Below, in pieces: positions 14,181-28,364 of a stretch of DNA of 64,000 nt. A program made the position numbers and the translations under genes. The notes beneath the pieces are model-generated. The model was not told where the DNA came from. It ran no database searches and was given only the letters and a program-made list of their open reading frames with translations. Origin of the DNA: the human T2T-CHM13v2.0 reference genome, Homo sapiens. The DNA lies in the NCBI GenBank assembly GCA_009914755.4, contig CP086569.2:53888001-53952000 (forward strand), in the 5' to 3' direction. Position 1 is the first letter of the stretch; each line of letters begins with the position of its first letter.

Positions 14181-17100
14181 ATGCAATCCAATAGAATGGA
14201 ATCGAATGGCATGGAATATAAAGAAATGGAATCGAAGAGAATGGAAACAAATGGAATGGAATTGAATGGAATGGAATTGAATGGAATGGGAACGAATGGA
14301 GTGAAATTGTATGCAGTAGAAGGGAATAGAATGGAATGCAAGCGAAAGGAAAGGAATGGATTGGAATGGAATGGAATTCATTGGAATGGAAGGGAATGTA
14401 GTGTAATGGACAGGCCTGGAATAAAGTGGAATGCTACGGTCTCGAATGGAATAAAAATGTATGGAATGGAATGCAATGAAACGGAATCGAATGTCATAGA
14501 ATGTAATGGAATGCAAAAAAATGGAATCCAAAATCATTGACTGGAAAGGCTGGGTGTCGAAAGGAATTGACTCCAATGGAATGGAATCGAATGGAATGGA
14601 AGTGAATAGAATCGAACTAAATCGAATGGAATGGAATTGATAGGAACGGAATGGAAAGGAATGCAATGATTTGGCATGGAATGGAATCGAATGGCATCGA
14701 ATGGAATGGAATGGAATGCAATGGAATGGAATGTATTAGAATGTAATGAACTTTAATGGAATGTACTCGAATGGATTCGACTGGAATGGAATGTTCTGGA
14801 AGTGAATGGACTCCAATGGAATGGATTCAAAAGGAATGGAATCGTACGGAATGGAATCTAATGGAATGGAATTAAATGGAAATGAATCAAATTGAATAGC
14901 ACGGAATTGAATTGAATGGAATGGAATGCAATGGAATCTAATGAAACGGAAAGGAAAGAAATGGAATGGAATGGAATGGAATGGGCTGGAATGGAAAGGA
15001 ATCGAAACGAATGGAATGGAATCGAAGTGAAGAGACTGGAATGGAATGCACTGGAATGGAAGGGAGTGTAATGGAAGGTTCTCGAAAAAAATGGAATGGA
15101 ATGGAATGGAATTGAATGGAACGGAATAGAGTCGAATGGAATTGAATGGAATGGAATGGACTAGAGTGAAATGGAATCGAACCACAAGGAATGGACAGGA
15201 ATAGAATGGTCTCGAATTGAATGGAATCGTATGGAATGGCATCAAACGGAATGGAATGGACAGCCACGGAATGGAATGCACTCGAATGCAATGGAGTCGA
15301 AACTAATGGACTGGAATAGAATGGACTCGACTGGTACGGACTCCAATGGAATGGAATCGAATGGAAGGGAATCGAACGGAATGGACTCGAAGGGAAAAGA
15401 CTGCAATGGAAAGGTCTCGAATGGAATGGAAATTAATGGAATGGAATGGAATCGAATGAAATGGAGTCAAAAGGAATGGAATCGAATGGCAAGAAATCGA
15501 ATGTAATGGAATCGCAAGGAATTGATGTGAACGGAACGGAATGGAATGGAATCCAAAGGAATGGAACAGAATGGAATGGAATCGAATGGAAAGGACTCGA
15601 ATGGAAATCACTCGAATAGAATGCAATTTAATAAAATAGGATCAAATGTAATGGAATGGAATGGAAAGGAATCGAAACGAAAGGAATGGAGACAGATGGA
15701 ATGGAATGGAACAGAGAGCAATGGTATAGAATGGAATGGAATCATCTGGAATGGAATTGAATGGAATGGAATAATATGAAATGGAATGGAATGGAATGGA
15801 ATGGAATGCCCTTGAATTAAATGGACTGGAATGGAATGGACTCGAACAGAGTGGAATGGAAAGTGTTGAGATAGAATGGAATGGACTCCTTTGGAATGGT
15901 GCAGTATGCAATGCAATCGACTGGCAGGGAATCAAAAGGAATGTAATGGAATGGATTGGACTGGAATGCAATGGACTCGAATAGATTGGAAACGGAATGC
16001 AAAGGAATGGAATGGAATAGTATGGAATGGAATGGAAAGGAATGGAGTGGAATAGACTAGAGTGGAATGGAATGGACTGGAAAGCAATGGACTGGAATGG
16101 AACTTTCTTGAATGGACTGGAATCAAACGGAATGGAATGCAATGCAATCAAATGGCATGGAATAAAATAGAATGAAAGAGAATCAAATGGAATTGAATCG
16201 AATGGAATCGAATGGATTGGAAAGGAATAGAATGGAATGGAATGGAATTGACTCAAATGGAATGGACTAGAATGGAATGGATTCGAATGGAAGGCAAAGG
16301 AATGGAATCTATTGGAATGGACTGTAATGGAATGGAATGGAAGGGATTGGAATGGACTCGAATGGAATGGACTGCAATAGAAAGGATTCGAATGGAATGA
16401 AAAAGAATTGAATGGAATAGAACAGAATGGAATCAAATCGAATGAAATGGAATGGAATAGAAAGGAATGGAATGAAATGGAATGGAAAGGATTCGAATGG
16501 AATGCAATCGAATGGAATGGAATCAAACGGAATGGAATAAAATGGAAGAAAACTGGCAAGAAATGGAATCGAAATGAATGGAGTGTTATGGAACGGACTC
16601 AAAAGGAATTGAATGTAATAGAATGGAGTGGAGTGGACTCGAATATAATGGACTGGAATGGAATGAAATCACATGGAATGGGAACGAATGGAATGGAATG
16701 GAAAGGAATGGAATCGAATGGAAAGGAATCGAATGGAAGGGAATGAAATTGAATCAACAGGAATGGAAGGGAATAGAATAGACGGTAATGGAATGGACTC
16801 GAATAGAATGGACACGAATGCTCAAATTGAATGGACTCGAATGGAATGGAAACGAAAGGAATGTCATCGAATGGAATTGAATCGATTGGAATGAAATCGC
16901 ATAGAATGGAGTGGAATCAAATGGAATTGAATCGAAAGGAAAGGAAGCGAATGGACTGAAATGAAATGGAATGGAATTGAATGGAAAGTAATGCAATGGA
17001 ATAGAATGGAACGAAATTTCACGGAATGGAATCAAACTGAATGGAATCAAATCAATGGAATCTAATCAAAGGAATGGAAAGGAATTGAATGGAGTAGATT

Positions 17101-17748
17101 GGATTGGATGGGATTGGAATGAAATGTACTGGAAAGGACTCGAATTTCATGAAACGGAATGGAATGAATTGGAACGGAATGGACTCGAATGGAATGGAAT
17201 GTCATGGAATGGCATCAAATGGAATGGCATCAAATGGAATGGAATCGAATGCAATGGAATGCTATGGAATGGAATGGAATGCATTGGAATGGAATGTCCT
17301 CTAATGGAATGGATTCGAGTGGAATGGAATCGAATATAATGGAGTCGAATGAAATGGAATTGAAAGGAATGGGATCGAATTCAATGGAATATACTGCAAT
17401 GTAATGTTATGAACTCGAATGTAATTGACTGGAATGGAATGTACATGAATGGAATGTAATCGAATGGAAAGTAATCCAATGGAATAGAATCTAATGCAAT
17501 AAAATCGACTCAGATAGAGTAGAATGTAATGGAATGGAGTGCAGTGCAATGGAATGGAATGGAATGGAATGCAATGGAATGGAATGGAATGGAATGGAAT
17601 GGAATGGAACGGAATGGGATGGAATGGTATGGAATGGATAGTAATGGACTGGAGTGAAATGGACTGGAAAGGAATGGACTCAAATTGAAAGGGCTCGAAA
17701 GGAATGCAGTCAAATGCAATGGTCTGGAATGGAATGAACACGAATGTA
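14181..17748 (+). repeat. HOR unit U5 (3568 bp); subtype C, near-identical copy of U4
   Basis: Anchor at 14181. The pseudo-ORF at 14136 is identical to the one at 10597. Confidence 0.85.
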
Positions 17749-20700
17749 TTGCAATCTAATAGAATGGAATCGAATGGCATGGAATATAAAGAAATGGAAT
17801 CGAAGAGAATGGAAACAAATGGAATGGAATTGAATGGAATGGAATTGAATAGAATGGGAACGAATGGAATGAAATTGTATGCAGTAGAAGAGAATAGAAT
17901 GGAATGCAAGCGAAAGGAAAGGAATGGATTGGAATGGAATGGAATTCATTGGAATGCAAGGGAATGTAGTGTAATGGACAGGCCTGGAATAAAGTGGAAT
18001 GCTACGGTCTCGAATGGAATAAAAATGTATGGAATGGAATGCAATGAAACGGAATCGAATGTCATAGAATGTAATGGAATGCAAAAAAATGGAATCCAAA
18101 ATCATTGACTGGAAAGGCTGGGTGTCGAAAGGAATTGACTCCAATGTAATGGAATCAAATGGAATGGAAGTGAATAGAATCGAACTAAATCGAATGGAAT
18201 GGAATTGATAGGAACGGAATGGAAAGGAATGCAATGATTTGGCATGGAATGGAATCGAATGGCATCGAATGGAATGGAATGGAATGCAATGGAATGGAAT
18301 GTATTAGAATGTAATGAACTTTAATGGAATGTACTCGAATGGATTCGACTGGAATGGAATGTTCTGGAAGTGAATGGACTCCAATGGAATGGATTCCAAA
18401 GGAATGGAATCGTACGGAATGGAATCTAATGGAATGGAATTAAATGGAAATGAATCAAATTGAATAGCACGGAATTGAATTGAATGGAATGGAATGCAAT
18501 GGAATCTAATGAAACGGAAAGGAAAGGAATGGAATGGAATGGAATGGGCTGGAATGGAAAGGAATCGAAACGAATGGAATGGAATCGAACTGAAGAGACT
18601 GGAATGGAATGCACTGGAATGGAAGGGAGTGTAATGGAAGGTTCTCGAAAAAAATGGAATGGAATGGAATGGAATTGAATGGAACGGAATAGAGTCGAAT
18701 GGAATTGAATGGAATGGAATGGACTAGAGTGAAATGGAATCGAACCACAAGGAATGGACAGGAATAGAATGGTCTCGAATTGAATGGAATCGTATGGAAT
18801 GGCATCAAACGGAATGGAATGGACAACCACGGAATGGAATGCACTCGAATGCAATGGAGTCGAAACTAATGGACTGGAATAGAATGGACTCGACTGGTAC
18901 GGACTCCAATGGAATGGAATCGAATGGAAGGGAATCGAACGGAATGGACTCGAAGGGAAAAGACTGCAATGGAAAGGTCTCGAATGGAATGGAAATTAAT
19001 GGAATGGAATGGAATCGAATGAAATGGAGTCAAAAGGAATGGAATCGAATGGCAAGAAATCGAATGTAATGGAATCGCAAGGAATTGATGTGAACGGAAC
19101 GGAATGGAATGGAATCCAAAGGAATGGAACAGAATGGAATGGAATCGAATGGAAAGGACTCGAATGGAAATCACTCGAATAGAATGCAATTTAATAAAAT
19201 AGGATCAAATGTAATGGAATGGAATGGAAAGGAATCGAAACGAAAGGAATGGAGACAGATGGAATGGAATGGAACAGAGAGCAATGGTATAGAATGGAAT
19301 GGAATCATCTGGAATGGAATTGAATGGAATGGAATAATATGAAATGGAATGGAATGGAATGGAATGGAATGCCCTTGAATTAAATGGACTGGAATGGAAT
19401 GGACTCGAACAGAGTGGAATGGAAAGTGTTGAGATAGAATGGAATGGACTCCTTTGGAATGGTGTAGTATGCAATGCAATCGACTGGCAGGGAATCAAAA
19501 GGAATGTAATGGAATGGATTGGACTGGAATGCAATGGACTCGAATAGATTGGAAACGGAATGCAAAGGAATGGAATGGAATAGTATGGAATGGAATGGAA
19601 AGGAATGGAGTGGAATAGACTAGAGTGGAATGGAATGGACTGGAAAGCAATGGACTGGAATGGAACTTTCTTGAATGGACTGGAATCAAACGGAATAGAA
19701 TGCAATGCAATCAAATGGCATGGAATAAAATAGAATGAAAGAGAATCAAATGGAATTGAATCGAATGGAATCGAATGGATTGGAAAGGAATAGAATGGAA
19801 TGGAATGGAATTGACTCAAATGGAATGGACTAGAATGGAATGGATTCGAATGGAAGGCAAAGGAATGGAATCTATTGGAATGGACTGTAATGGAATGGAA
19901 TGGAAGGGATTGGAATGGACTCGAATGGAATGGACTGCAATAGAAAGGATTCGAATGGAATGAAAAAGAATTGAATGGAATAGAACAGAATGGAATCAAA
20001 TCGAATGAAATGGAATGGAATAGAAAGGAATGGAATGAAATGGAATGGAAAGGATTCGAATGGAATGCAATCGAATGGAATGGAATCAAACGGAATGGAA
20101 TAAAATGGAAGAAAACTGGCAAGAAATGGAATCGAAATGAATGGAGTGTTATGGAACGGACTCAAAAGGAATTGAATGTAATAGAATGGAGTGGAGTGGA
20201 CTCGAATATAATGGACTGGAATGGAATGAAATCACATGGAATGGGAACGAATGGAATGGAATGGAAAGGAATGGAATCGAATGGAAAGGAATCGAATGGA
20301 AGGGAATGAAATTGAATCAACAGGAATGGAAGGGAATAGAATAGACGGTAATGGAATGGACTCGAATAGAATGGACACGAATGCTCAAATTGAATGGACT
20401 CGAATGGAATGGAAACGAAAGGAATGTCATCGAATGGAATTGAATCGATTGGAATGAAATCGCATAGAATGGAGTGGAATCAAATGGAATTGAATCGAAA
20501 GGAAAGGAAGCGAATGGACTGAAATGAAATGGAATGGAATTGAATGGAAAGTAATGCAATGGAATAGAATGGAACGAAATTTCACGGAATGGAATCAAAC
20601 TGAATGGAATCAAATCAATTGAATCTAATCAAAGGAATGGAAAGGAATTGAATGGAGTAGATTGGACTGGATGGGATTGGAATGAAATGTACTGGAAAGG

Positions 20701-21311
20701 ACTCGAATTTCATGAAACGGAATGGAATGAATTGGAACGGAATGGACTCGAATGGAATGGAATGTCATGTAATGGCATCAAATGGAATGGCATCAAATGG
20801 AATGGAATCGAATGCAATGGAATGCTATGGAATGGAATGGAATGCATTGGAATGGAATGTCCTCTAATGGAATGGATTCGAGTGGAATGGAATCGAATAT
20901 AATGGAGTCGAATGAAATGGAATTGAAAGGAATGGGATCGAATTCAATGGAATATACTGCAATGTAATGTAATGAACTCGAATGTAATTGACTGGAATGG
21001 AATGTACATGAATGGAATGTAATCGAATGGAAAGTAATCCAATGGAATAGAATCTAATGCAATAAAATCGACTCAGATAGAGTAGAATGTAATGGAATGG
21101 AGTGCAGTGCAATGGAATGGAATGGAATGGAATGCAATGGAATGGAATGGAATGGAATGGAATGGAATGGAACGGAATGGGATGGAATGGTATGGAATGG
21201 ATAGTAATGGACTGGAGTGAAATGGACTGGAAAGGAATGGACTCAAATTGAAAGGGCTCGAAAGGAATGCAGTCAAATGCAATGGTCTGGAATGGAATGA
21301 ACACGAATGTA
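17749..21311 (+). repeat. HOR unit U6 (3563 bp); subtype A (same private variants as U1)
   Basis: Anchor variant tgtattgcaatctaatagaatgg at 17749. Shares gaattgaatagaatgggaacgaatggaatgaaattgtatgcagtagaagagaatag and tgcaagggaatgtag with U1. Confidence 0.85.
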
Positions 21312-24300
21312 TTGCAATCTAATAGAATGGAATCGAATGGCATGGAATATAAAGAAATGGAATCGAAGAGAATGGAAACAAATGGAATGGAATTGAATGG
21401 AATGGAATTGAATAGAATGGGAACGAATGGAATGAAATTGTATGCAGTAGAAGAGAATAGAATGGAATGCAAGCGAAAGGAAAGGAATGGATTTGAATGG
21501 AATGGAATTCATTGGAATGCAATGGAATGTAGTGTAATGGACAGGCCTGGAATAAAGTGGAATGCTACGGTCTCGAATGGAATAAAAATGTATGGAATGG
21601 AATGCAATGAAACGGAATCGAATGTCATAGAATGTAATGGAATGCAAAAAAATGGAATCCAAAATCATTGACTGGAAAGGCTGGGTGTCGAAAGGAATTG
21701 ACTCCAATGTAATGGAATCAAATGGAATGGAAGTGAATAGAATCGAACTAAATCGAATGGAATGGAATTGATAGGAACGGAATGGAAAGGAATGCAATGA
21801 TTTGGCATGGAATGGAATCGAATGGCATCGAATGGAATGGAATGGAATGCAATGGAATGGAATGTATTAGAATGTAATGAACTTTAATGGAATGTACTCG
21901 AATGGATTCGACTGGAATGGAATGTTCTGGAAGTGAATGGACTCCAATGGAATGGATTCCAAAGGAATGGAATCGTACGGAATGGAATCTAATGGAATGG
22001 AATTAAATGGAAATGAATCAAATTGAATAGCACGGAATTGAATTGAATGGAATGGAATGCAATGGAATCTAATGAAACGGAAAGGAAAGGAATGGAATGG
22101 AATGGAATGGGCTGGAATGGAAAGGAATCGAAACGAATGGAATGGAATCGAACTGAAGAGACTGGAATGGAATGCACTGGAATGGAAGGGAGTGTAATGG
22201 AAGGTTCTCGAAAAAAATGGAATGGAATGGAATGGAATTGAATGGAACGGAATAGAGTCGAATGGAATTGAATGGAATGGAATGGACTAGAGTGAAATGG
22301 AATCGAACCACAAGGAATGGACAGGAATAGAATGGTCTCGAATTGAATGGAATCGTATGGAATGGCATCAAACGGAATGGAATGGACAGCCACGGAATGG
22401 AATGCACTCGAATGCAATGGAGTCGAAACTAATGGACTGGAATAGAATGGACTCGACTGGTACGGACTCCAATGGAATGGAATCGAATGGAAGGGAATCG
22501 AACGGAATGGACTCGAAGGGAAAAGACTGCAATGGAAAGGTCTCGAATGGAATGGAAATTAATGGAATGGAATGGAATCGAATGAAATGGAGTCAAAAGG
22601 AATGGAATCGAATGGCAAGAAATCGAATGTAATGGAATCGCAAGGAATTGATGTGAACGGAACGGAATGGAATGGAATCCAAAGGAATGGAACAGAATGG
22701 AATGGAATCGAATGGAAAGGACTCGAATGGAAATCACTCGAATAGAATGCAATTTAATAAAATAGGATCAAATGTAATGGAATGGAATGGAAAGGAATCG
22801 AAACGAAAGGAATGGAGACAGATGGAATGGAATGGAACAGAGAGCAATGGTATAGAATGGAATGGAATCATCTGGAATGGAATTGAATGGAATGGAATAA
22901 TATGAAATGGAATGGAATGGAATGGAATGGAATGCCCTTGAATTAAATGGACTGGAATGGAATGGACTCGAACAGAGTGGAATGGAAAGTGTTGAGATAG
23001 AATGGAATGGACTCCTTTGGAATGGTGTAGTATGCAATGCAATCGACTGGCAGGGAATCAAAAGGAATGTAATGGAATGGATTGGACTGGAATGCAATGG
23101 ACTCGAATAGATTGGAAACGGAATGCAAAGGAATGGAATGGAATAGTATGGAATGGAATGGAAAGGAATGGAGTGGAATAGACTAGAGTGGAATGGAATG
23201 GACTGGAAAGCAATGGACTGGAATGGAACTTTCTTGAATGGACTGGAATCAAACGGAATGGAATGCAATGCAATCAAATGGCATGGAATAAAATAGAATG
23301 AAAGAGAATCAAATGGAATTGAATCGAATGGAATCGAATGGATTGGAAAGGAATAGAATGGAATGGAATGGAATTGACTCAAATGGAATGGACTAGAATG
23401 GAATGGATTCGAATGGAAGGCAAAGGAATGGAATCTATTGGAATGGACTGTAATGGAATGGAATGGAAGGGATTGGAATGGACTCGAATGGAATGGACTG
23501 CAATAGAAAGGATTCGAATGGAATGAAAAAGAATTGAATGGAATAGAACAGAATGGAATCAAATCGAATGAAATGGAATGGAATAGAAAGGAATGGAATG
23601 AAATGGAATGGAAAGGATTCGAATGGAATGCAATCGAATGGAATGGAATCGAACGGAATGGAATAAAATGGAAGAAAACAGGCAAGAAATGGAATCGAAA
23701 GGAATGGAGTGTTATGGAACGGACTCAAAAGGAATTGAATGTAATAGAATGGAGTGGAGTGGACTCGAATATAATGGACTGGAATGGAATGAAATCACAT
23801 GGAATGGGAACGAATGGAATGGAATGGAAAGGAATGGAATCGAATGGAAAGGAATCGAATGGAAGGGAATGAAATTGAATCAACAGGAATGGAAGGGAAT
23901 AGAATAGACGGTAATGGAATGGACTCGAATAGAATGGACACGAATGCTCAAATTGAATGGCCTCGAATGGAATGGAAACGAAAGGAATGTCATCGAATGG
24001 AATTGAATCGATTGGAATGAAATCGCATAGAATGGAGTGGAATCAAATGGAATTGAATCGAAAGGAAAGGAAGCGAATGGACTGAAATGAAATGGAATGG
24101 AATTGAATGGAAAGTAATGCAATGGAATAGAATGGAACGAAATTTCACGGAATGGAATCAAACTGAATGGAATCAAATCAATGGAATCAAATCAAATGGA
24201 ATGGAAAGGAATTGAATGGAGTAGATTGGATTGGATGGGATTGGAATGAAATGTACTGGAAAGGACTCGAATTTCATGAAACGGAATGGAATGAATTGGA

Positions 24301-24870
24301 ACGGAATGGACTCGAATGGAATGGAATGTCATGGAATGGCATCAAATGGAATGGCGTCAAATGGAATGGAATCGAATGCAATGGAATGCTATGGAATGGA
24401 ATGGAATGCATTGGAATGGAATGTCCTCTAATGGAATGGATTCGAGTGGAATGGAATCGAATATAATGGAGTCGAATGAAATGGAATTGAAAGGAATGGG
24501 ATCGAATACAATGGAATATATTGGAATGTAATGTAATGAACTCGAATGTAATTGACTGGAATGGAATGTACATGAATGGAATGTAATCGAATGGAAAGTA
24601 ATCCAATGGAATAGAATCTAATGCAATAAAATCGACTCAGATAGAGTAGAATGTAATGGAATGGAGTGCAGTGCAATGCAATGGAATGGAATGGAATGCA
24701 ATGGAATGGAATGGAATGGAATGGAATGGAATGGAATGGGATGGAATGGTATGGAATGGATAGTAGTGGACTGGAGTGAAATGGACTGGAAAGGAATGGA
24801 CTCAAATTGAAAGGGCTCGAAAGGAATGGAGTCAAATGGAATGGTCTGGAATGGAATGAACACGAATGTA
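21312..24870 (+). repeat. HOR unit U7 (3559 bp); subtype A, near-identical to U6
   Basis: Anchor at 21312. The pseudo-ORF at 21267 differs from the one at 17704 at only 3 residues. Confidence 0.85.
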
Positions 24871-27800
24871 ATGCAATCCAATAGAATGGAATCGAATGGC
24901 ATGGAATATAAAGAAATGGAATCGAAGAGAATGGAAACAAATGGAATGGAATTGAATGGAATGGAATTGAATGGAATGGGAACGAATGGAGTGAAATTGT
25001 ATGCAGTAGAAGGGAATAGAATGGAATGCAAGCGAAAGGAAAGGAATGGATTGGAATGGAATGGAATTCATTGGAATGGAAGGGAATGTAGTGTAATGGA
25101 CAGGCCTGGAATAAAGTGGAATGCTACGGTCTCGAATGGAATAAAAATGTATGGAATGGAATGCAATGAAACGGAATCGAATGTCATAGAATGTAATGGA
25201 ATGCAAAAAAATGGAATCCAAAATCATTGACTGGAAAGTCTGGGTGTCGAAAGGAATTGACTCCAATGGAATGGAATCGAATGGAGTGGAAGTGAATAGA
25301 ATCGAACTAAATCGAATGGAATGGAATTGATAGGAACGGAATGGAAAGGAATGCAATGATTTGGCACGGAATGGAATCGAATGGCATCGAATGGAATGGA
25401 ATGGAATGCAATGGAATGGAACGTATTAGAATGTAATGAACTTTAATGGAATGTACTCGAATGGATTCGACTGGAATGGAATGTTCTGGAAGTGAATGGA
25501 CTCCAATGGAATGGATTCAAAAGGAATGGAATCGTACGGAATGGAATCTAATGGAATGGAATTAAATGGAAATGAATCAAATTGAATAGCACGGAATTGA
25601 ATTGAATGGAATGGAATGCAATGGAATCTAATGAAACGGAAAGGAAAGGAATGGAATGGAATGGAATGGGCTGGAATGGAAAGGAATCGAAACGAATGGA
25701 ATGGAATCGAACTGAAGAGACTGGAATGGAATGCACTGGAATGGAAGGGAGTGTAATGGAAGGTTCTCGAAAAAAATGGAATCGAATGGAATGGAATTGA
25801 ATGGAACGGAATAGAGTCGAATGGAATTGAATGGAATGGAATGGACTAGAGTGAAATGGAATCGAACCACAAGGAATGGACAGGAATAGAATGGTCTCGA
25901 ATTGAATGGAATCGTATGGAATGGCATCAAACGGAATGGAATGGACAGCCACGGAATGGAATGCACTCGAATGCAATGGAGTCGAAACTAATGGACTGGA
26001 ATAGAATGGACTCGACTGGTACGGACTCCAATGGAATGGAATCGAATGGAAGGGAATCGAACGGAATGGACTCGAAGGGAAAAGACTGCAATGGAAAGGT
26101 CTCGAATGGAATGGAAATAAATGGAATGGAATGGAATCGAATGAAATGGAGTCAAAAGGAATGGAATCGAATGGCAAGAAATCGAATGTAATGGAATCGC
26201 AAGGAATTGATGTGAACGGAACGGAATGGAATGGAATCCAAAGGAATGGAATAGAATGGAATGGAATCGAATGGAAAGGACTCGAATGGAAATCACTCGA
26301 ATAGAATGCAATTTAATAAAATAGGACCAAATGTAATGGAATGGAATGGAAAGGAATCGAAACGGAAGGAATGGAGACAGATGGAATGGAATGGAACAGA
26401 GAGCAATGGTATAGAATGGAATGGAATCATCTGGAATGGAATGGAATGGAATGGAATGAAATGCCCTTGAATTAAATGGACTGGAATGGAATGAACTCGA
26501 ACAGAGTGGAATGGAAAGTGTTGAGATAGAATGGAATGGACTCTTTTGGAATGGTCTAGTATGCAATGCAATCGACTGGCAGGGAATCAAAAGGAATGTA
26601 ATCGAATGGATTGGACTGGAATGCAATGGACTTGAATAGATTGCAAACGGGATGCAAAGTAATGGAATGGAATAGTATGGAATGGAATGGAAAGGAATGG
26701 AGTGGAATAGACTAGAGTGGAATGGAATGGACTGGAAAGAAATGGACTGGAATGGAACTTTCTTGAATGGACTGGAATCAAACGGAATGGAATGCAATGC
26801 AATCAAATGGCATGGAATAAAATAGAATGAAAGAGAATCAAATGGAATTGAATCGAATGGAATCGAATGGATTGGAAAGGAATAGAATGGAATGGAATGG
26901 AATTGACTCAAATGGAATGGACTAGAATGGAATGGATTCGAATGGAAGGCAAAGGAATGGAATCTATTGGAATGGACTGTAATGGAATGAAATGGAAGGG
27001 ATTGGAATGGACTCGAATGGAATGGACTGCAATAGAAAGGATTCGAATGGAATGAAAAAGAATTGAATGGAATAGAACAGAATGGAATCAAATCGAATGA
27101 AATGGAATGGAATAGAAAGGAATGGAATGAAATGGAATGGAAAGGATTCGAATGGAATGCAATCCAATAGAATGGAATCGAACGGAATGGAATAAAATGG
27201 AAGAAAACTGGCAAGAAATGGAATCGAAATGAATGGAGTGTTATGGAACGGACTCAAAAGGAATTGAATGTAATAGAATGGAGTGGAGTGGACTCGAATA
27301 TAATGGACTGGAATGGAATGAAATCACACGGAATGGGAACGAATGGAATGGAATGGAAAGGAATGGAATCGAATGGAAAGGAATCGAATGGAAGGGAATG
27401 AAATTGAATCAACAGGAATGGAAGGGAATAGAATAGACGGTAATGGAATGGACTCGAATAGAATGGACACGAATGCTCAAATTGAATGGACTTGAATGGA
27501 ATGGAAACGAAAGGAATGTCATCGAATGGAATTGAATCGATTGGAATGAAATCGCATAGAATGGAGTGGAATCAAATGGAATTGAATCGAAAGGAAAGGA
27601 AGCGAATGGACTGAAATGAAATGGAATGGAATTGAATGGAAAGTAATGCAATGGAATAGAATGGAACGAAATTTCACGGAATGGAATCAAACTGAATGGA
27701 ATCAAATCAATAGAATCAAATCAAATGGAATGGAAAGGAATTGAATGGAGTAGATTGGATTGGATGGGATTGGAATGAAATGTACTGGAAAGGACTCGAA

Positions 27801-28364
27801 TTTCATGAAACGGAATGGAATGAATTGGAACGGAATGGACTCGAATGGAATGGAATGTCATGTAATGGCATCAAATGGAATGGCATCAAATGGAATGGAA
27901 TCGAATGCAATGGAATGCTATGGAATGGAATGGAATGCATTGGAATGGAATGTCCTCTAATGGAATGGATTCGAGTGGAATGGAATCGAATATAATGGAG
28001 TCGAATGAAATGGAATTGAAAAGAATGGGATCGAATACAATGGAATATACTGGAATGTAATGTAATGAACTCGAATGTAATTGACTGGAATGGAATGTAC
28101 ATGAATGGAATGTAATCGAATGGAAAGTAATCCAATGGAATAGAATCTAATGCAATAAAATCGACTCAGATAGAGTAGAATGTAATGGAATGGAGTGCAG
28201 TGCAATGGAATGGAATGGAATGCAATGGAATGGAATGGAATGGAATGGGATGGAATGGCATGGAATGGATAGTAATGGACTGGAAAGGAATGGACTCAAA
28301 TTGAAAGGGCTCGAAAGGAATGGAGACAAATGGAATGGTCTGGAATGGAATGAACACGAATGTA
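24871..28364 (+). repeat. HOR unit U8 (3494 bp); subtype C backbone with several private deletions and substitutions
   Basis: Anchor at 24871. Shorter unit: about 20 bp is missing near 26440-26470 and about 30 bp near 28210-28300. A private substitution cluster lies near 26630-26660. Confidence 0.8.

Noticed and set aside
5-21311. A 5-unit (~17.7 kb) super-higher-order periodicity suggested by U1 resembling U6
   Set aside because: The other subtypes do not recur with the same 5-unit lag (U2/U3 subtype B is not seen again in the window). The similarity is better explained as a mosaic of subtype patches.
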